Shown here: piece by piece, positions 23,688-35,328 of the stretch
Position numbering within the stretch: position 1 is the first letter of the stretch
Layout: every line of letters begins with the position of its first letter
NCBI GenBank assembly: GCA_963921275.4
Contig: OZ001293.3
Location: 6,688,001 to 6,752,000, forward strand
DNA length: 64,000 nucleotides
Reading direction: 5' to 3'
DNA from: an uncultured Hormoscilla sp.
Lineage (GTDB): Bacteria > Cyanobacteriota > Cyanobacteriia > Cyanobacteriales > Desertifilaceae
Notes under the pieces: generated by a model
What the model was told of the DNA's origin: nothing
The model's database searches: none
The model's input: only the letters and a program-made list of their open reading frames with translations
Position numbers and translations under genes: made by a program

Positions 23688-25433
23688 ATGAAACCAGCAA
23701 AAATCCTCGTCGTGGATGACGCGATAGAGTTAGAACGTTTAATCAAACAGCGATTCCGAAAAAATATCAAAGCTAAAGAGTTCGAGTTGTTATTTGTTCA
23801 TACTGGGGTAGAGGCACTGCGAAAATTGGAAACGGAACGGCAGATCGATATGATCTTGACTGATATCAACATGCCAGAAATGGATGGTCTCACCTTATTA
23901 GAAAAAGTCCTCAAAATCGATCCGAATATCAAGACGGTGGTGGTGTCAGGTTATGGGGAGCTCCAAAATATTAGGACAGCGATGAACTTTGGTGCTTTTG
24001 ACTTCCTGCTCAAGCCGATCGACTTTCAGGATTTAGAAATTACGATCAAAAAAACCCTGAAGTTGGTGCAGCACATGAAGGCACAACAGCAGCAGCTGCA
24101 ACAGGCTATGGAACAACTACAATACCAGGCCGCTTACGATAGATTAACAGATATGCCCAATCGTTATTTGATGCTACAAGAGATTCGCCAATGTATCGAA
24201 GACTCACAGCAGGGTTGTCTATTCGCTGTTTTATTTCTGGAGCTAGACCGCTACACAAGGGTTAAATACAGCTTTGGTCACGAACAAGCCGATCGCTTAT
24301 TGGTGGAGGTGGCTAGTCGGTTAAAGACCTGTGTGGGGCCCAAAGATATCATAGCTCATGTAGGAGAAAATGAATTCGCCATCTTGCTGAAGGATATCCA
24401 AGAACAGCAGGCTGTCCAAAAAGCTTCCGATATCCATATGGCCCTGGAATTGCCTTTTAACTTCAACGGGACTGTGATGTCATCGACTACCAGTATTGGA
24501 ATTGTTTTCAGCAATATCGGTTATCACCAACCGGAAGAATTTCTGCGGGCCGCTGACACGGCCATGCATTATGCGAAGATGCAGTCGTATGCTAGCACAG
24601 TTCTATTCGATCTAAGTATGCAGACAAAGGCGATCGATCGTTTACATTTGGAAGCGGACCTGCAACGGGCCATTAAATTGCAACAGTTACATCTCAATTA
24701 TCAGCCCATTGTCTCGCTGAAAACTGACGAGATTGTGGGTTTTGAAGCCCTGGTGAGGTGGGATCATCCCACCAGGGGACTGGTTTCCCCGACTGAGTTT
24801 ATTCCCTTGGCAGAAGAAACGGGACTGATTATTCCTCTGGGTGAATGGGTATTGTCAGAAGCTTGCCGACAGTTGAGTATCTGGCGCGATCGCTTGCCCG
24901 ACCATTTCCGTGTCAGTGTCAATCTCTCTGGCATGCAGCTATGGCATCCCCTGTTATTACAGTTCCTTGACGAGTTGCTGTGGACGCTCTCTGTGAGTGG
25001 GTCCTATTTGAAGCTAGAGATTACGGAAAGCATTCTGATGCAAAATAGTTCGGCTGCGATCGCCTTGCTGGAGCAATTTAAACAAAGACAGATACAGTTG
25101 TCTATGGATGACTTTGGCACTGGCTATTCTTCTTTTTCCTATCTGCAACGTCTGCCGATCGATACTCTGAAGCTTGACCGTTTGTTTGTTGACAATATTG
25201 AGGGGCATGGCAAAGACTTGGATATAGCCAAAACTATTATTACCCTAGCTCACTCTCTGGGATTGGATGTAATTGCCGAAGGGATAGAGACACCACAGCA
25301 GCGAGATATCCTGCGATCACTCGACTGCGAATACGGACAGGGATACCTTTTCTCTCGACCACTCGACGGCCAAGAGGTAATCGAATTCATGGCTACCATC
25401 AATCCCCAATATAATGACGCCTGCTTATGTTGA
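23688..25433 (+). CDS. REC-GGDEF(degenerate)-EAL c-di-GMP phosphodiesterase
   Basis: Receiver domain (VVDD, TDINMP, KP); GGDEF degenerate (VGENEF); EAL motifs FEALVRW, EITES, DDFGTGYSS, AEGIE. Confidence 0.92.
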   Translation: MKPAKILVVDDAIELERLIKQRFRKNIKAKEFELLFVHTGVEALRKLETERQIDMILTDINMPEMDGLTLLEKVLKIDPNIKTVVVSGYGELQNIRTAMNFGAFDFLLKPIDFQDLEITIKKTLKLVQHMKAQQQQLQQAMEQLQYQAAYDRLTDMPNRYLMLQEIRQCIEDSQQGCLFAVLFLELDRYTRVKYSFGHEQADRLLVEVASRLKTCVGPKDIIAHVGENEFAILLKDIQEQQAVQKASDIHMALELPFNFNGTVMSSTTSIGIVFSNIGYHQPEEFLRAADTAMHYAKMQSYASTVLFDLSMQTKAIDRLHLEADLQRAIKLQQLHLNYQPIVSLKTDEIVGFEALVRWDHPTRGLVSPTEFIPLAEETGLIIPLGEWVLSEACRQLSIWRDRLPDHFRVSVNLSGMQLWHPLLLQFLDELLWTLSVSGSYLKLEITESILMQNSSAAIALLEQFKQRQIQLSMDDFGTGYSSFSYLQRLPIDTLKLDRLFVDNIEGHGKDLDIAKTIITLAHSLGLDVIAEGIETPQQRDILRSLDCEYGQGYLFSRPLDGQEVIEFMATINPQYNDACLC

Positions 25434-25479
25434 GCAGACCTACATCCGCACCAAACAGCAGGCGTCAAGTCAGTTTTTT

Positions 25480-25962
25480 TTAGAACAGACCGAGAGTAAA
25501 GGATTCATCAATCGGGAAAGTAGCGCCAATACCCAACCAGAAGGTAACGAGGGTGCCAATCAAAAACACAGTCGTTGCCACTGGACGCCGGAAGGGATTT
25601 TGGAACTTGTTGACGTTCTCGATAAACGGAACCAGGATCAGACCCAGAGGTACTGAAGTCATCATCAAGACTCCCAGGAGTTTATTGGGAACAGTCCGCA
25701 GAATTTGGAACACTGGATAGAAGTACCACTCTGGCAGAATTTCCAGAGGCGTCGCAAAGGGGTCTGCTGGTTCGCCGATCATTGCCGGATCTAACACTGC
25801 CAGGGCCACGATACAGGTGAGGGTTCCCAGCATCACCATCGGGAAGACGTACAACAGGTCATTCGGCCAAGCGGGTTCACCGTAGTAGTTATGACCCATG
25901 CCTTGTGCCAATTTGGCCCGTAGCTTCGGATCGCTCAGATCTGGCTTTTTTTCTGTTGCCAT
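25480..25962 (-). CDS. petD: Cytochrome b6-f subunit IV
   Basis: [33 protein letters not shown]. Confidence 0.99.
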   Translation of the reverse strand: MATEKKPDLSDPKLRAKLAQGMGHNYYGEPAWPNDLLYVFPMVMLGTLTCIVALAVLDPAMIGEPADPFATPLEILPEWYFYPVFQILRTVPNKLLGVLMMTSVPLGLILVPFIENVNKFQNPFRRPVATTVFLIGTLVTFWLGIGATFPIDESFTLGLF

Positions 25963-26028
25963 AGTTTTTGTTCTCCTTTTCTATTGTTGGCGAGTTTTCA
26001 CCTCACCACTCACCAGTCACTAAGATGA

Positions 26029-26697
26029 TTACAAAGGACCAGAGATGCCCTGCTTGCGAATCATTAAGAAGTGCAACAGCATGAAGACAGCGATCATCCA
26101 GGGCAGAACGAAGGTGTGGAGACTGTAGAAACGGGTCAGGGTCCCTTGACCGACGGCGGTACCACCGCGCATCAGTTCCACGATCATCGATCCAACTACC
26201 GGAATCGCTTCTGGCACGCCGCTGACAATCTTCACAGCCCAGTATCCCACCTGATCCCAAGGCAGAGAGTAGCCTGTTACACCAAAGGAAACGGTGATCA
26301 CGGCTAGGACTACCCCCGTTACCCAGGTCAGTTCCCGGGGCTTTTTGAAACCACCGGTGAGGTACACCCGAAAGATATGCAGGATCATCATCAGCACCAT
26401 CATGCTGGCAGACCAACGGTGGACGGAACGGATCAGCCAGCCGAAGCTCACCTCATTCATCAGGTATTGCACTGAGGTGAAGGCTTCGGCCACCGTTGGC
26501 TTGTAATAGAAGGTCATGGCGAATCCAGTGGCAAACTGGATTAAGAAGCACATCAAGGTTATCCCCCCCAGGCAGTAGAAGATGTTGACGTGGGGAGGGA
26601 CATACTTGCTGCTGATATCTTCGGAGATCGCCTCTATTTCTAGGCGTTCTTGAAACCAGTTGTATATTTTCGATTCTGTTACCTGCTTGGTAAACAT
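26029..26697 (-). CDS. petB: Cytochrome b6
   Basis: [38 protein letters not shown]. Confidence 0.99.
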   Translation of the reverse strand: MFTKQVTESKIYNWFQERLEIEAISEDISSKYVPPHVNIFYCLGGITLMCFLIQFATGFAMTFYYKPTVAEAFTSVQYLMNEVSFGWLIRSVHRWSASMMVLMMILHIFRVYLTGGFKKPRELTWVTGVVLAVITVSFGVTGYSLPWDQVGYWAVKIVSGVPEAIPVVGSMIVELMRGGTAVGQGTLTRFYSLHTFVLPWMIAVFMLLHFLMIRKQGISGPL

Positions 26698-26769
26698 GAA
26701 GCCAAGGTCCTAAATATTTATCACAGCACTTTTCAAACTGTAACATAGACGAAAGCTTAAGGGGATATT

Positions 26770-28014
26770 ATGTATAAGCGACTTGTCTGGATGGGATTTT
26801 TACTGGCACTGCCACTGACGATCGCCCTGGCCTGGGGTCCGCCTGCTGCTGAGGCTCTCACGAATAACCAGAAGCTGTTCAATGAAGTCTGGCGCATTGT
26901 CAATCGCGCCTATCTGGATGACAGCTTCAATCATCAGAACTGGTGGAAAGTCCGTCAGCGGGCTTTGAAGCAGCCTCTGGCCACAAAAGAGCAGACTTAC
27001 TCAGCCATCGACCAAATGCTCGATAGCTTAGGCGATCCTTATACTCGATTCTTGCCACGTAATGAGTATAAAAGCTTACAGGTTAGCACTTCTGGAGAGC
27101 TGACAGGGGTGGGGTTACAGATAGCTATAGATGGGGAAACGGGGGTGTTAACGGCGATCGCCCCGATCGCGGGTTCGCCAGCATCCGCAGCGGGGTTGCA
27201 ACCACTCGATCGGATCCTGAAGATTGATGGGGTGTTAACCTCGTCCATGATCTTAGAAGAGGCGGCTAACCGGATGCGGGGACCAGCGGGTACTCTGGTG
27301 ACACTGACAGTAGAACGTGAGGGCGAGGCAATATTCGATGTTAAACTGGTGCGCGATCGGATTACTCTGAACCCCGTGACTGCCGAATTGCAGGTAGTAG
27401 AAACCCAGGGAAACAGCTTGAATATCGGGTATATTCGCCTATCCCAATTCAACGCCAATGCCACCCAAGAGGTATCCGATGCGATCGATCGCTTGGAGGA
27501 AGAGGGTGCTGCGGCTTACATTTTAGACTTGCGGAATAACCCCGGTGGTTTGTTGACCGCAGGGATTGAGATTGCTCGTCTCTGGCTGGATGATGGTACG
27601 ATCGTCTATGCAGTGAATCGCCAAGGAATGTTGGATAGCTTTGATGCCGCGGGTTCGGCATTGACTGACGATCCCCTGGTGGTGTTGGTGAATCAAGGCA
27701 CTGCTAGTGCTAGTGAAATACTCGCTGGTGCTTTACATGATAACGATCGGGCTTTACTGGTGGGAGAGAAAACCTTTGGCAAAGGTTTGATCCAGTCTGT
27801 GTTTGACTTGTCAGATGGTTCTGGTTTAGTAGTGACTATTGCCAAGTATGAGACTCCCAATCACACTGATATTAACAAATTGGGAATCCAGCCAGATAAA
27901 ATAGTGCCTCTGAACCAAATTACTCTGGACCAACTGGGGATGGAAGCTGACCAGCAATATCAGGCGGCTGTGGAATTGTTGACCTCCGATATGATGTTGG
28001 CGGATGCAGCATAG
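26770..28014 (+). CDS. ctpA: C-terminal processing protease (S41A)
   Basis: PDZ domain, DLRNNPGG, TASASEI, TFGKGLIQ; divergent from petB as usual in cyanobacteria. Confidence 0.92.
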   Translation: MYKRLVWMGFLLALPLTIALAWGPPAAEALTNNQKLFNEVWRIVNRAYLDDSFNHQNWWKVRQRALKQPLATKEQTYSAIDQMLDSLGDPYTRFLPRNEYKSLQVSTSGELTGVGLQIAIDGETGVLTAIAPIAGSPASAAGLQPLDRILKIDGVLTSSMILEEAANRMRGPAGTLVTLTVEREGEAIFDVKLVRDRITLNPVTAELQVVETQGNSLNIGYIRLSQFNANATQEVSDAIDRLEEEGAAAYILDLRNNPGGLLTAGIEIARLWLDDGTIVYAVNRQGMLDSFDAAGSALTDDPLVVLVNQGTASASEILAGALHDNDRALLVGEKTFGKGLIQSVFDLSDGSGLVVTIAKYETPNHTDINKLGIQPDKIVPLNQITLDQLGMEADQQYQAAVELLTSDMMLADAA

Positions 28015-28148
28015 TGGACGAATTAAGAAACCCGGTTTTGAGATCGTACCGGGTTTCCACCATCGCCTCTTTTTGGATACAGAGCCAGTAATTGATCTCG
28101 TGGAGCTAAAACTATGATACCATAATACCGAAGTTTGTCTTAACCAAA

Positions 28149-28518
28149 ATGTCAACTCATGCAGTCGGATCCCATATATCCCAAACTGTCACAATTTACA
28201 AAGCCCCTCAAAAGGGGAAAGCTCAAAAGTTACTGCAGGAAGGATTTACACCTGCTGATTTTCCTTATAATCTTCCTTATACTGATAGAAATTGCTACTT
28301 TGCCGGACCCAATGACATAAGTATTGCCGAGGAATTCAACCAAAGCTACAAAGATGGAATTCTTGAAGTTTCGATCGATAGAGAAAGTTACGATATATTT
28401 CAAGCCGCTTGAGTTTCGCTATGATGAAAAGAACGAGTGCGAACGAATTGAGGTGATTGTTACTCAAAACTTATTTACGATACTAAACCAATTTCCACGA
28501 GTTCTCAAGCCAAGGTAA
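28149..28518 (+). pseudogene. Hypothetical protein, frameshifted near 28395
   Basis: Two overlapping ORFs join into one sequence of roughly 120 aa. Confidence 0.5.
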
Positions 28519-28523
28519 ACAGC

Positions 28524-28841
28524 ATGGATAGTAACAGTTGGCAGCAAATTAAATCCAAGTACGAACTAGGTGGGTTCGTGCAGGGTAAGGTCGAGTAAAT
28601 AGCGCCTTTTGGCGTTTTTGTCGATATTGGCGAATCTTTAGTCAAGGGGCTGATTAAAATTCCTGACTTTTTAGATTCGGGAGAGATGAGTGAAGAAATG
28701 TATCCTGAAATTGGCACAACTATAGGGGCTGTCGTGGTTGGATACAACGAGAGTAATTGCCGCGAGATATATTTGAACGCCAAGCCCAGCGTTCTACACA
28801 AAGCTCTCGTTCCCCTGAAAATTCCGACTTTGGTTGTCTAG
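28524..28841 (+). pseudogene. S1/OB-domain small protein, copy 1, in-frame TAA at 28596
   Basis: YELGGFVQGKVE*IAPFGVFVDIG...KGLIKIPDF S1-like motif. Confidence 0.7.
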
Positions 28842-29043
28842 GCTATCTACAGCTGATGGCGATCGCTCCCCAAAGGCGATCTCCACAGCCATTCCTAACA
28901 CAGAATCAGCAATACAATTGGCAAACTATGCGGATCCGTCCAGAGCCCTTGGGGCGGTTATGGTTCGTCGAGGGGCGAGGCGATCGCCCCAAAGAAAAAA
29001 ATGCTAGCATCAAGAAATACGCGCTCAGCTCACCATCACAGAA

Positions 29044-29436
29044 ATGAATATCCTCACAACTCCTAATCCGATAACCAGCGGGACAGTGACGATCTCCGTG
29101 ACTGAAATCATGGGCCACAATTTATGTATTGCAAGTGAAGATGGCCAAAAAGTATGCCAAGCGATCGCTGGGGCTTTGCGGTCTGGTAAGAAAGTCATTG
29201 TTTCCTTCAAAGATGGCGAAGATATTACCTCCGCTTTCTTGGCAGATGCGATCGGTCATCTGTACGCTTTATTTCCCGAAGATTTTCTCGAAGCCAACCT
29301 CAGGGCGATCGACATGGAGCCAGATGACGCGGCAGACCTATTAGATACGATTGAAGATGTCAAGGAATACCTGCAAGACCCAAAGGCATGGGAAGCAGCG
29401 GCGCGAGCCACCTTCGGAGATGACTACTATGAGTAA
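29044..29436 (+). CDS. STAS-like (DUF4325) protein, copy 1
   Basis: SEDGQKV...VIVSFKDGEDITSAFLADAIGHLY. Confidence 0.75.
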   Translation: MNILTTPNPITSGTVTISVTEIMGHNLCIASEDGQKVCQAIAGALRSGKKVIVSFKDGEDITSAFLADAIGHLYALFPEDFLEANLRAIDMEPDDAADLLDTIEDVKEYLQDPKAWEAAARATFGDDYYE

Positions 29437-29974
29437 CCAAGTCATCGACATCAACAATTACAAATTTACCTCTGCTGATGCTGTATTATTTGATGCCAAT
29501 GTATGGCTATACATTTATGGTCGCCAGGAAGATGTATCTCCTCGCAACCGGGCTACATATACCTTGGCACTGAGGCGGATTCGCAGCGCGAGGGGGCAGA
29601 TATTCTTGGATGGTTTCGTGCTGTCTGAATTCATTAATGCCTACGCTAGATTTGTTTATAACAAATTGCCAGCAGAGAGCAGACCCGCAGAGTTCAAGAT
29701 ATTTCGCAATAGTGCAGGCTTCAAACCAATTGCCAGAAAGATTGCCAGACAAGTTCGGAAAATTATTCAGAAGTGCCAGCTCACAGAAACTGGGTTGGAG
29801 ACCGTAGATTGGGAACCGATTTTAACTGAGTATGCCATAGGAGGTGCTGATTTTAATGATATGATGTTGGCCGAACTTTGCAAAAAAAAAGGTCTGAAGC
29901 TGGTAACGCACGATTCTGATTTTAAGGGCGACAATTTGACAATTATTACCGCTAATCGCAAGTTACTGAACTGA
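29429..29974 (+). CDS. PIN-domain ribonuclease-like protein
   Basis: LFDANVW...LSEFIN...DFND...LVTHDSDF acidic tetrad; start overlaps the STAS-like stop (ATGAGTAA). Confidence 0.85.
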   Translation: MSNQVIDINNYKFTSADAVLFDANVWLYIYGRQEDVSPRNRATYTLALRRIRSARGQIFLDGFVLSEFINAYARFVYNKLPAESRPAEFKIFRNSAGFKPIARKIARQVRKIIQKCQLTETGLETVDWEPILTEYAIGGADFNDMMLAELCKKKGLKLVTHDSDFKGDNLTIITANRKLLN

Positions 29975-30238
29975 GATTGCGGTCGGGGTTTGGGAGATCG
30001 CTCTCCAAAGGCGATCGCCACAGCCATTCCTAACACAGAATCAGCAATACAATTGGCAAACTATGCGGATCCGTCCAGAGCCCTTGGGGCGGTTCTGGTT
30101 CGTCGAGCGGCGAGGCGATCGCCCCAAACGAAAAAAATCAAGCATCGATGTGCGATGCGCAGTGCGAATAGCGCGCGCATCGCACATCGAAGTTTGTGCT
30201 AGCATCAAGGAATACGCGCTCAGCTCACCATCACAGAA

Positions 30239-30628
30239 ATGAATATCCTCACAACTCCTACTCCGACAACCAGCGGGACAGTGACGATCTCCGTGACTGA
30301 AATCATGGGCCACAATTTATGTATTGCAAGTGAAGATGGCCAAAAAGTATGCGAAGCGATCGCTGGGGCTTTGCGGTCTGGCAAGAAAGTCATTGTTTCT
30401 TTCAAAGATGGGGAGGATATTACCTCGGCTTTCTTGGCAGATGCGATCGGTCATCTGTACGGTTTATTTCCCGAAGACTTTCTGGAAGCCAACCTCCGCG
30501 CGATCGACATGGAGCCAGATGACGCGGCAGACCTTACATACACGGTTCGCTGGGTCAAAAAGTACCTCAAAGACCCAGAGAGATTCATCGCGGCAGCACG
30601 GGATGCTTTCGGGGAGGACTATGAGTAA
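30239..30628 (+). CDS. STAS-like (DUF4325) protein, copy 2
   Basis: Nearly identical to copy 1 up to DDAADL, then a different C-terminus. Confidence 0.75.
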   Translation: MNILTTPTPTTSGTVTISVTEIMGHNLCIASEDGQKVCEAIAGALRSGKKVIVSFKDGEDITSAFLADAIGHLYGLFPEDFLEANLRAIDMEPDDAADLTYTVRWVKKYLKDPERFIAAARDAFGEDYE

Positions 30629-30743
30629 CCAAGTTTATCGGATCGAAGATTACAAATTTAGCAAGACTGATGCGGTGTTATTTGATGCCAATGTCTGGCT
30701 GTATATTTATGGAACAACCGGAAATATGTATCCTCGATACTGA
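30621..30743 (+). pseudogene. Truncated PIN-domain gene, copy 2
   Basis: MSNQVYRIEDYKFSKTDAVLFDANVWLYIYG, then ends at a repeat junction. Confidence 0.75.
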
Positions 30744-30768
30744 ATCAGCAATACAATTGGCAAACTAT

Positions 30769-31073
30769 ATGGATAGTAACAGTTGGCAGCAAATTAAATC
30801 CAAGTATGAGTTAGGTGGGTTCGTGCAGGGTAAGGTCGAGTAAATAGCGCCTTTTGGCGTTTTTGTCGATCTTGGCGAATCTTTAGTCAAGGGGCTGATT
30901 AAAATTCCTGACTTTTTAGATTCCAGAGAGATGAGTGAAGAAATGTATCCTGAAATTAGCTATAGGGGCTGTTGTGGTTGGATACAACGATATTAATTGC
31001 TGCGAGATATATCTTTCATGCAAAGCCCAGCGTTCTACACAAAGCTCTCGTTCCGATAAAAATTAAAACTTAA
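30769..31073 (+). pseudogene. S1/OB-domain small protein, copy 2
   Basis: Near-identical to 28524 copy, same TAA at 30841, plus an extra deletion near 30960. Confidence 0.7.
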
Positions 31074-31084
31074 GCAGAGGAGTA

Positions 31085-31476
31085 ATGCATATGTTTGGTA
31101 ACGAACAAAAATCTGTTGTTTTAGATGCAGTGAAAGAAGCAAGTACACAGTGGAAATCCGCTTTCTATTCAGGCGATGCAGTTGGTTGTGCAGCCCAATA
31201 TGAAAAAAATGCAGTGATGCAAGCAAAGCCTTTTGGTACCTTTACTGGCAGGATTGAAATTCAAGCATTTTGGCAAAAGCCGATCGACCAGGACCAGGTT
31301 TTTCTGATGTTGAATATTTAGAACCCCGAATAGAAGTTGTCGATGAAACAAGTGCCATATTAACTTCTCGTTGGCAAATGAATAAGGCAAGTGGCGTCAT
31401 CTATAAAGAACTTTGGGTATTACAAGAAGACGGAACCGCGAAATTCCGTGAAGATGAGTTTGAAGCTATGGGCTAA
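31085..31476 (+). pseudogene. SnoaL/NTF2-like protein, frameshifted
   Basis: WKSAFYSGDAVGCAAQYE...GRIEIQAFWQ continuing in another frame as GFSDVEY...KELWV. Confidence 0.65.
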
Positions 31477-31543
31477 TAAACTACCGTTGCAGATGCTAGC
31501 ACCAATTATTGTTAATGGTACTACAGATTTGGTGCCGGACAAC

Positions 31544-32404
31544 CTAATACTTGTAGACTAAAAAGCCGGAAATGGCATCTAGCAGGGCTTCGGGTTCGTC
31601 GGCCCGCACGGAATGGCCGCTGTTTTCAAAGATTCTTAAGTCGGCATTGGGAATTTCTCGGGCAATTTCTTCTGATAATTCTGCCGGACAGATCCAGTCA
31701 TGGCGGCCAGCTATTACTAAGGTGGGGGCTGTGATTTTATGTAACTGGTCGAGGATATTGTACGATCGCAGAAACCCGCCAAAGGCAACATTGATGGCAT
31801 CGACCGAAAGCATGGTTCTTTCCCAAGCTTCAGCAGCTTTGTCGGGGTCATAAGTTAAGGAGTACATTGGTCCCATTATCTGAAAGTATTCCCGCAGTTG
31901 GGCTTCATTCTCGAAGCAAGCGTCCCACAAACGCTGGGCGATCGCCTGTTGTGCTGCTGTTCCCTTGGCAGCTAAGTTCTGCTGGGCCAGTTGCAAAAAC
32001 TGGGAACTCGCCGCTGTGGCGATCGCGATCACAGATGCAACATTCTCAGGATAGCGTACTGCATAACTCAGGGCCACCATGCCACCATAGGAAGTTCCCA
32101 TGAGTACGATTTTTTCTAGACCCAGGTATTGACGCAGTGCCTCCATGTCCTCTACATTGTTTTCTAAGGTATAGGTCTCTTTCGGTCCACGACCCGATCG
32201 CCCCTGTCCCCGATGGTCGAAATAGACCAGTTGCAACTTATGACTGAGACGAGAAAATGTGGGTTTATAGGAACTATGGTCGGCACCGGGACCGCCGTGA
32301 ATCACGAAGGCAACTGGTTTCTCTCTCATCCGAGGACCGTCTGGGACTAACCCCGCACCTTCTATATCAAAATAAATCTCTGTATCTCTGATTTTTGCTC
32401 GCAT
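31544..32404 (-). CDS. Alpha/beta hydrolase, proline iminopeptidase-like
   Basis: HGGPG, DHRGQGRS, GTSYGG nucleophile elbow, GRHD, SGH. Confidence 0.9.
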   Translation of the reverse strand: MRAKIRDTEIYFDIEGAGLVPDGPRMREKPVAFVIHGGPGADHSSYKPTFSRLSHKLQLVYFDHRGQGRSGRGPKETYTLENNVEDMEALRQYLGLEKIVLMGTSYGGMVALSYAVRYPENVASVIAIATAASSQFLQLAQQNLAAKGTAAQQAIAQRLWDACFENEAQLREYFQIMGPMYSLTYDPDKAAEAWERTMLSVDAINVAFGGFLRSYNILDQLHKITAPTLVIAGRHDWICPAELSEEIAREIPNADLRIFENSGHSVRADEPEALLDAISGFLVYKY

Positions 32405-32539
32405 TTTTATTTGTTAATGATTCACTGTTCATTCCCATTATATCAAATTATGCTCAATTACTATCCTCGATCGCCTATCTATAAACCTAGTTTCTGGATA
32501 GTATTGCCTTGCTTTTGATAATTTTGCATTTTGAATTGC

Positions 32540-35325
32540 TTAGGATTGGTTGAGATATTGCTTGACCAACTCATTAATTTCATCAACTTCAAATTCTCGA
32601 GCTAATTGCATAACTTTCTCAGCAAAGGTACCATATTTGGCATCCAACTGCTTGATGCGGTTGGCTTCTTCTTCCACTCCTTCAATATACCCGATCCTGG
32701 CCGCCTTGCCTAGGGCTTCTAGTTCCTCAGGTGGCGGTGCGATAATTTCTAGTATAGGCCGATCTCCCTGGACTGTATCATCCTTCTGTGCATAAATCCA
32801 TTCCAGTCCCAAATGCACCCGTAACTTTTCCAAGAGGTCTGGGGCCTGGACTGGTTTGGGCAGAAAATCATTGCCACCACCAAACTTTTGTGCTTGTCAG
32901 CTTCAAACACGCTAGCAGAGGAAACAATGATTAACAGATCTTGGAATTGAGGTAATTTTCGCAGGCGTTGCATCATCTGGTAGCCATCCATCACGGGCAT
33001 GGCTAAATCAGCGATCATCAAGTCGGGATTAAAGCTTGCTGCCTTCTCCAAACCCTGCTGACCATTCTCTGCTTCCATCAGTTCAAACCCGATACTCTTC
33101 AACAGATTAACTATCACGGCCCGATTTTCCCAGCGGTCATCTACGATCAGTATTTTCCGCTTGTTGCTTGTGAAGCCAATAATCTTTTCATCAGTATTAA
33201 CTGGGGCAGCAACTGTACTGTTGGCGGCCCTCGGCAAGTCCAAGTCTACCCAAAAAATGCTCCCTTTTCCGGGTTGCGATCGCACTTGTAATTTACTCCC
33301 CATGATTCTAATAATTCTCTGACTAATTGCTAATCCCAGTCCCGTCCCTTCTGACTTGCGATCGTCTTCTCCCACCTGTTCAAAGGGCAAGAAGATTTTT
33401 GCTAATTCTGTGGGGGTCATACCCACCCCCGTATCTTGGATTTTAAACCTAATTTTGTCGATCTTATCACTTTCTCTAGCTAGGAGATCGACTGATAAAT
33501 TCACCCCGCCCTTGTCAGTAAACTTAATGGCATTCCCCAGCAAATTAATCAGCACTTGTCGCAAGCGTTTTTCATCAGCATGGATGGCCGTGGGGAGTCC
33601 CGCGCCCGGTTGGTAAATAAACGAGATTTCTTTTTGCTCGGCTTTAACCCGACAGATTTGCGCTACCCCTTGGAGAAATAAGGTAAAATTAAAATCAGTA
33701 GGGTAAAGTTCTATTTTACCCGCTTCAATCTTAGATAAATCTAAAATATCATTAATCAGGGTCAGTAGGTGATTGCCGCATTGATGGATAATATTAATGC
33801 CATCTTTTTGCTTGTCCATTGCATCAGGGTCTCGTTCCAGGATTTGCGCATAACCCAAAATGCCATTCAGCGCAGTTCGTGAGACATGTTCGCCAGAGAT
33901 TCGCTTTTAGCGTGGTTCGCAGCATCCGCTACTTTCTTCGCTTCTTTCAGTTCTGCCGTCCGTTATTCTACCCGAATTTCTAGTTGTTCGTTGGTATTAA
34001 CTAGGGCGGTATTTGCCTCTTCTAGGGCAGTAAATGACTCTTGCAACTGCGATGCCATTTGGTTGAAAGAGTTGGCCAGCACGCCCAGTTCATTGATAAC
34101 GATCTCTTCTACCTCTTGGTCCAGTTCTCCATTGGCGATCGCCTGACTGGCGGTACTTAATTTCAGAATTGGTTGCGCGATCCAGCGGGAGGTAAATATT
34201 CCCAAGCCTGTAGCTATTATTAATGCTAATATACACAGACCGACGGTCAGACGAGTGTTAGCATTAATTTGCTGCATAAAGTCAGCTTCTGGAACCACCA
34301 CCACAATCAACCAGTCCAAACCATGGGGGTCTTTCAGAGGCGTTACTTGCAGGAAATGTCGCGCCCCATCTAGGTCGAAATTCAGCTGTTGGCTTGACGA
34401 TATTTGCTTGAGGTCGCCAAACTGTTTTGCTAAATAGTTGGCTGTTGCTCTAATTAACAGAGTATGGCTATTTGATGCTTTAATCCGTTCCGTCCGATCG
34501 CCATCTATGGTAAATACTGGGGATGTTGTTGACGTACTCACCAACATCCCCGATCGCTCGATAATAAAAGTCTCTCCCGAATTGCCAATTTTTAAGCTAT
34601 CAAGAAAATCATTAATTTTGTTTAATAGTAAACTGCTACCTAACACTCCTTGGAGATTGCCCACCCGATCGTAAACTGGCTGGGCCGCAGTAATTTCCAG
34701 AGTGTTGAACCTAATTTCGGTGTAAATTTCACTCCAGATGGGTTTTCCCGCTGCCACAGCAGCAATGTACCAGGGTCGCAAGCGCGGGTCTTCTTTGGTC
34801 CGGACTACCATTAACTGGATCCGATCGCCGAAGCTATTTGTGCCATAGTAATGATAAGTTTTGTTATTATCCGTTGAACTGTCTCCTACGATCGTCTCTA
34901 ATCTCCCATCCACCCGCCGTCCCGTCCCATAAAAATATCCTTCCGGGTTAATTATATAACTGTTACTGATTGATGCAAATGATTGCACCTGCTTCCCAAA
35001 GTGCCGATCGCGCACTTGTATATTTTGCAAGTCTAACTGACCGTTCTCTATTGCTTAGCATTCAACTTATTCACCAAATGGGGGTTAGCCACACAACTTT
35101 GAATGCGTTCTTGGATGCGGGCAGTAATTTCACTGCGCAGTTGCCTAGCAAGGTCGTTAACCGCTTTTTGCCCGTTCTGTAATGAAAGATACCCCACCAG
35201 TCCTACTGCCGCAAATATTTGGACGACGAAGGGCACCACTAAGATCGCAGCGGTACTTGCTTTAACCCCACTTTTTTGGTTAACATTTTTAACACCCCGA
35301 CTAATTGCTGATTGCTCACTGACAT
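32540..35325 (-). pseudogene. Cache-HAMP hybrid histidine kinase with receiver domain, several frame breaks
   Basis: RPWY Cache motif, HAMP, ANMSHELR, NAIKFT, GTGLGL and REC spread over at least five ORF pieces. Confidence 0.85.
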
Positions 35326-35328
35326 TAG

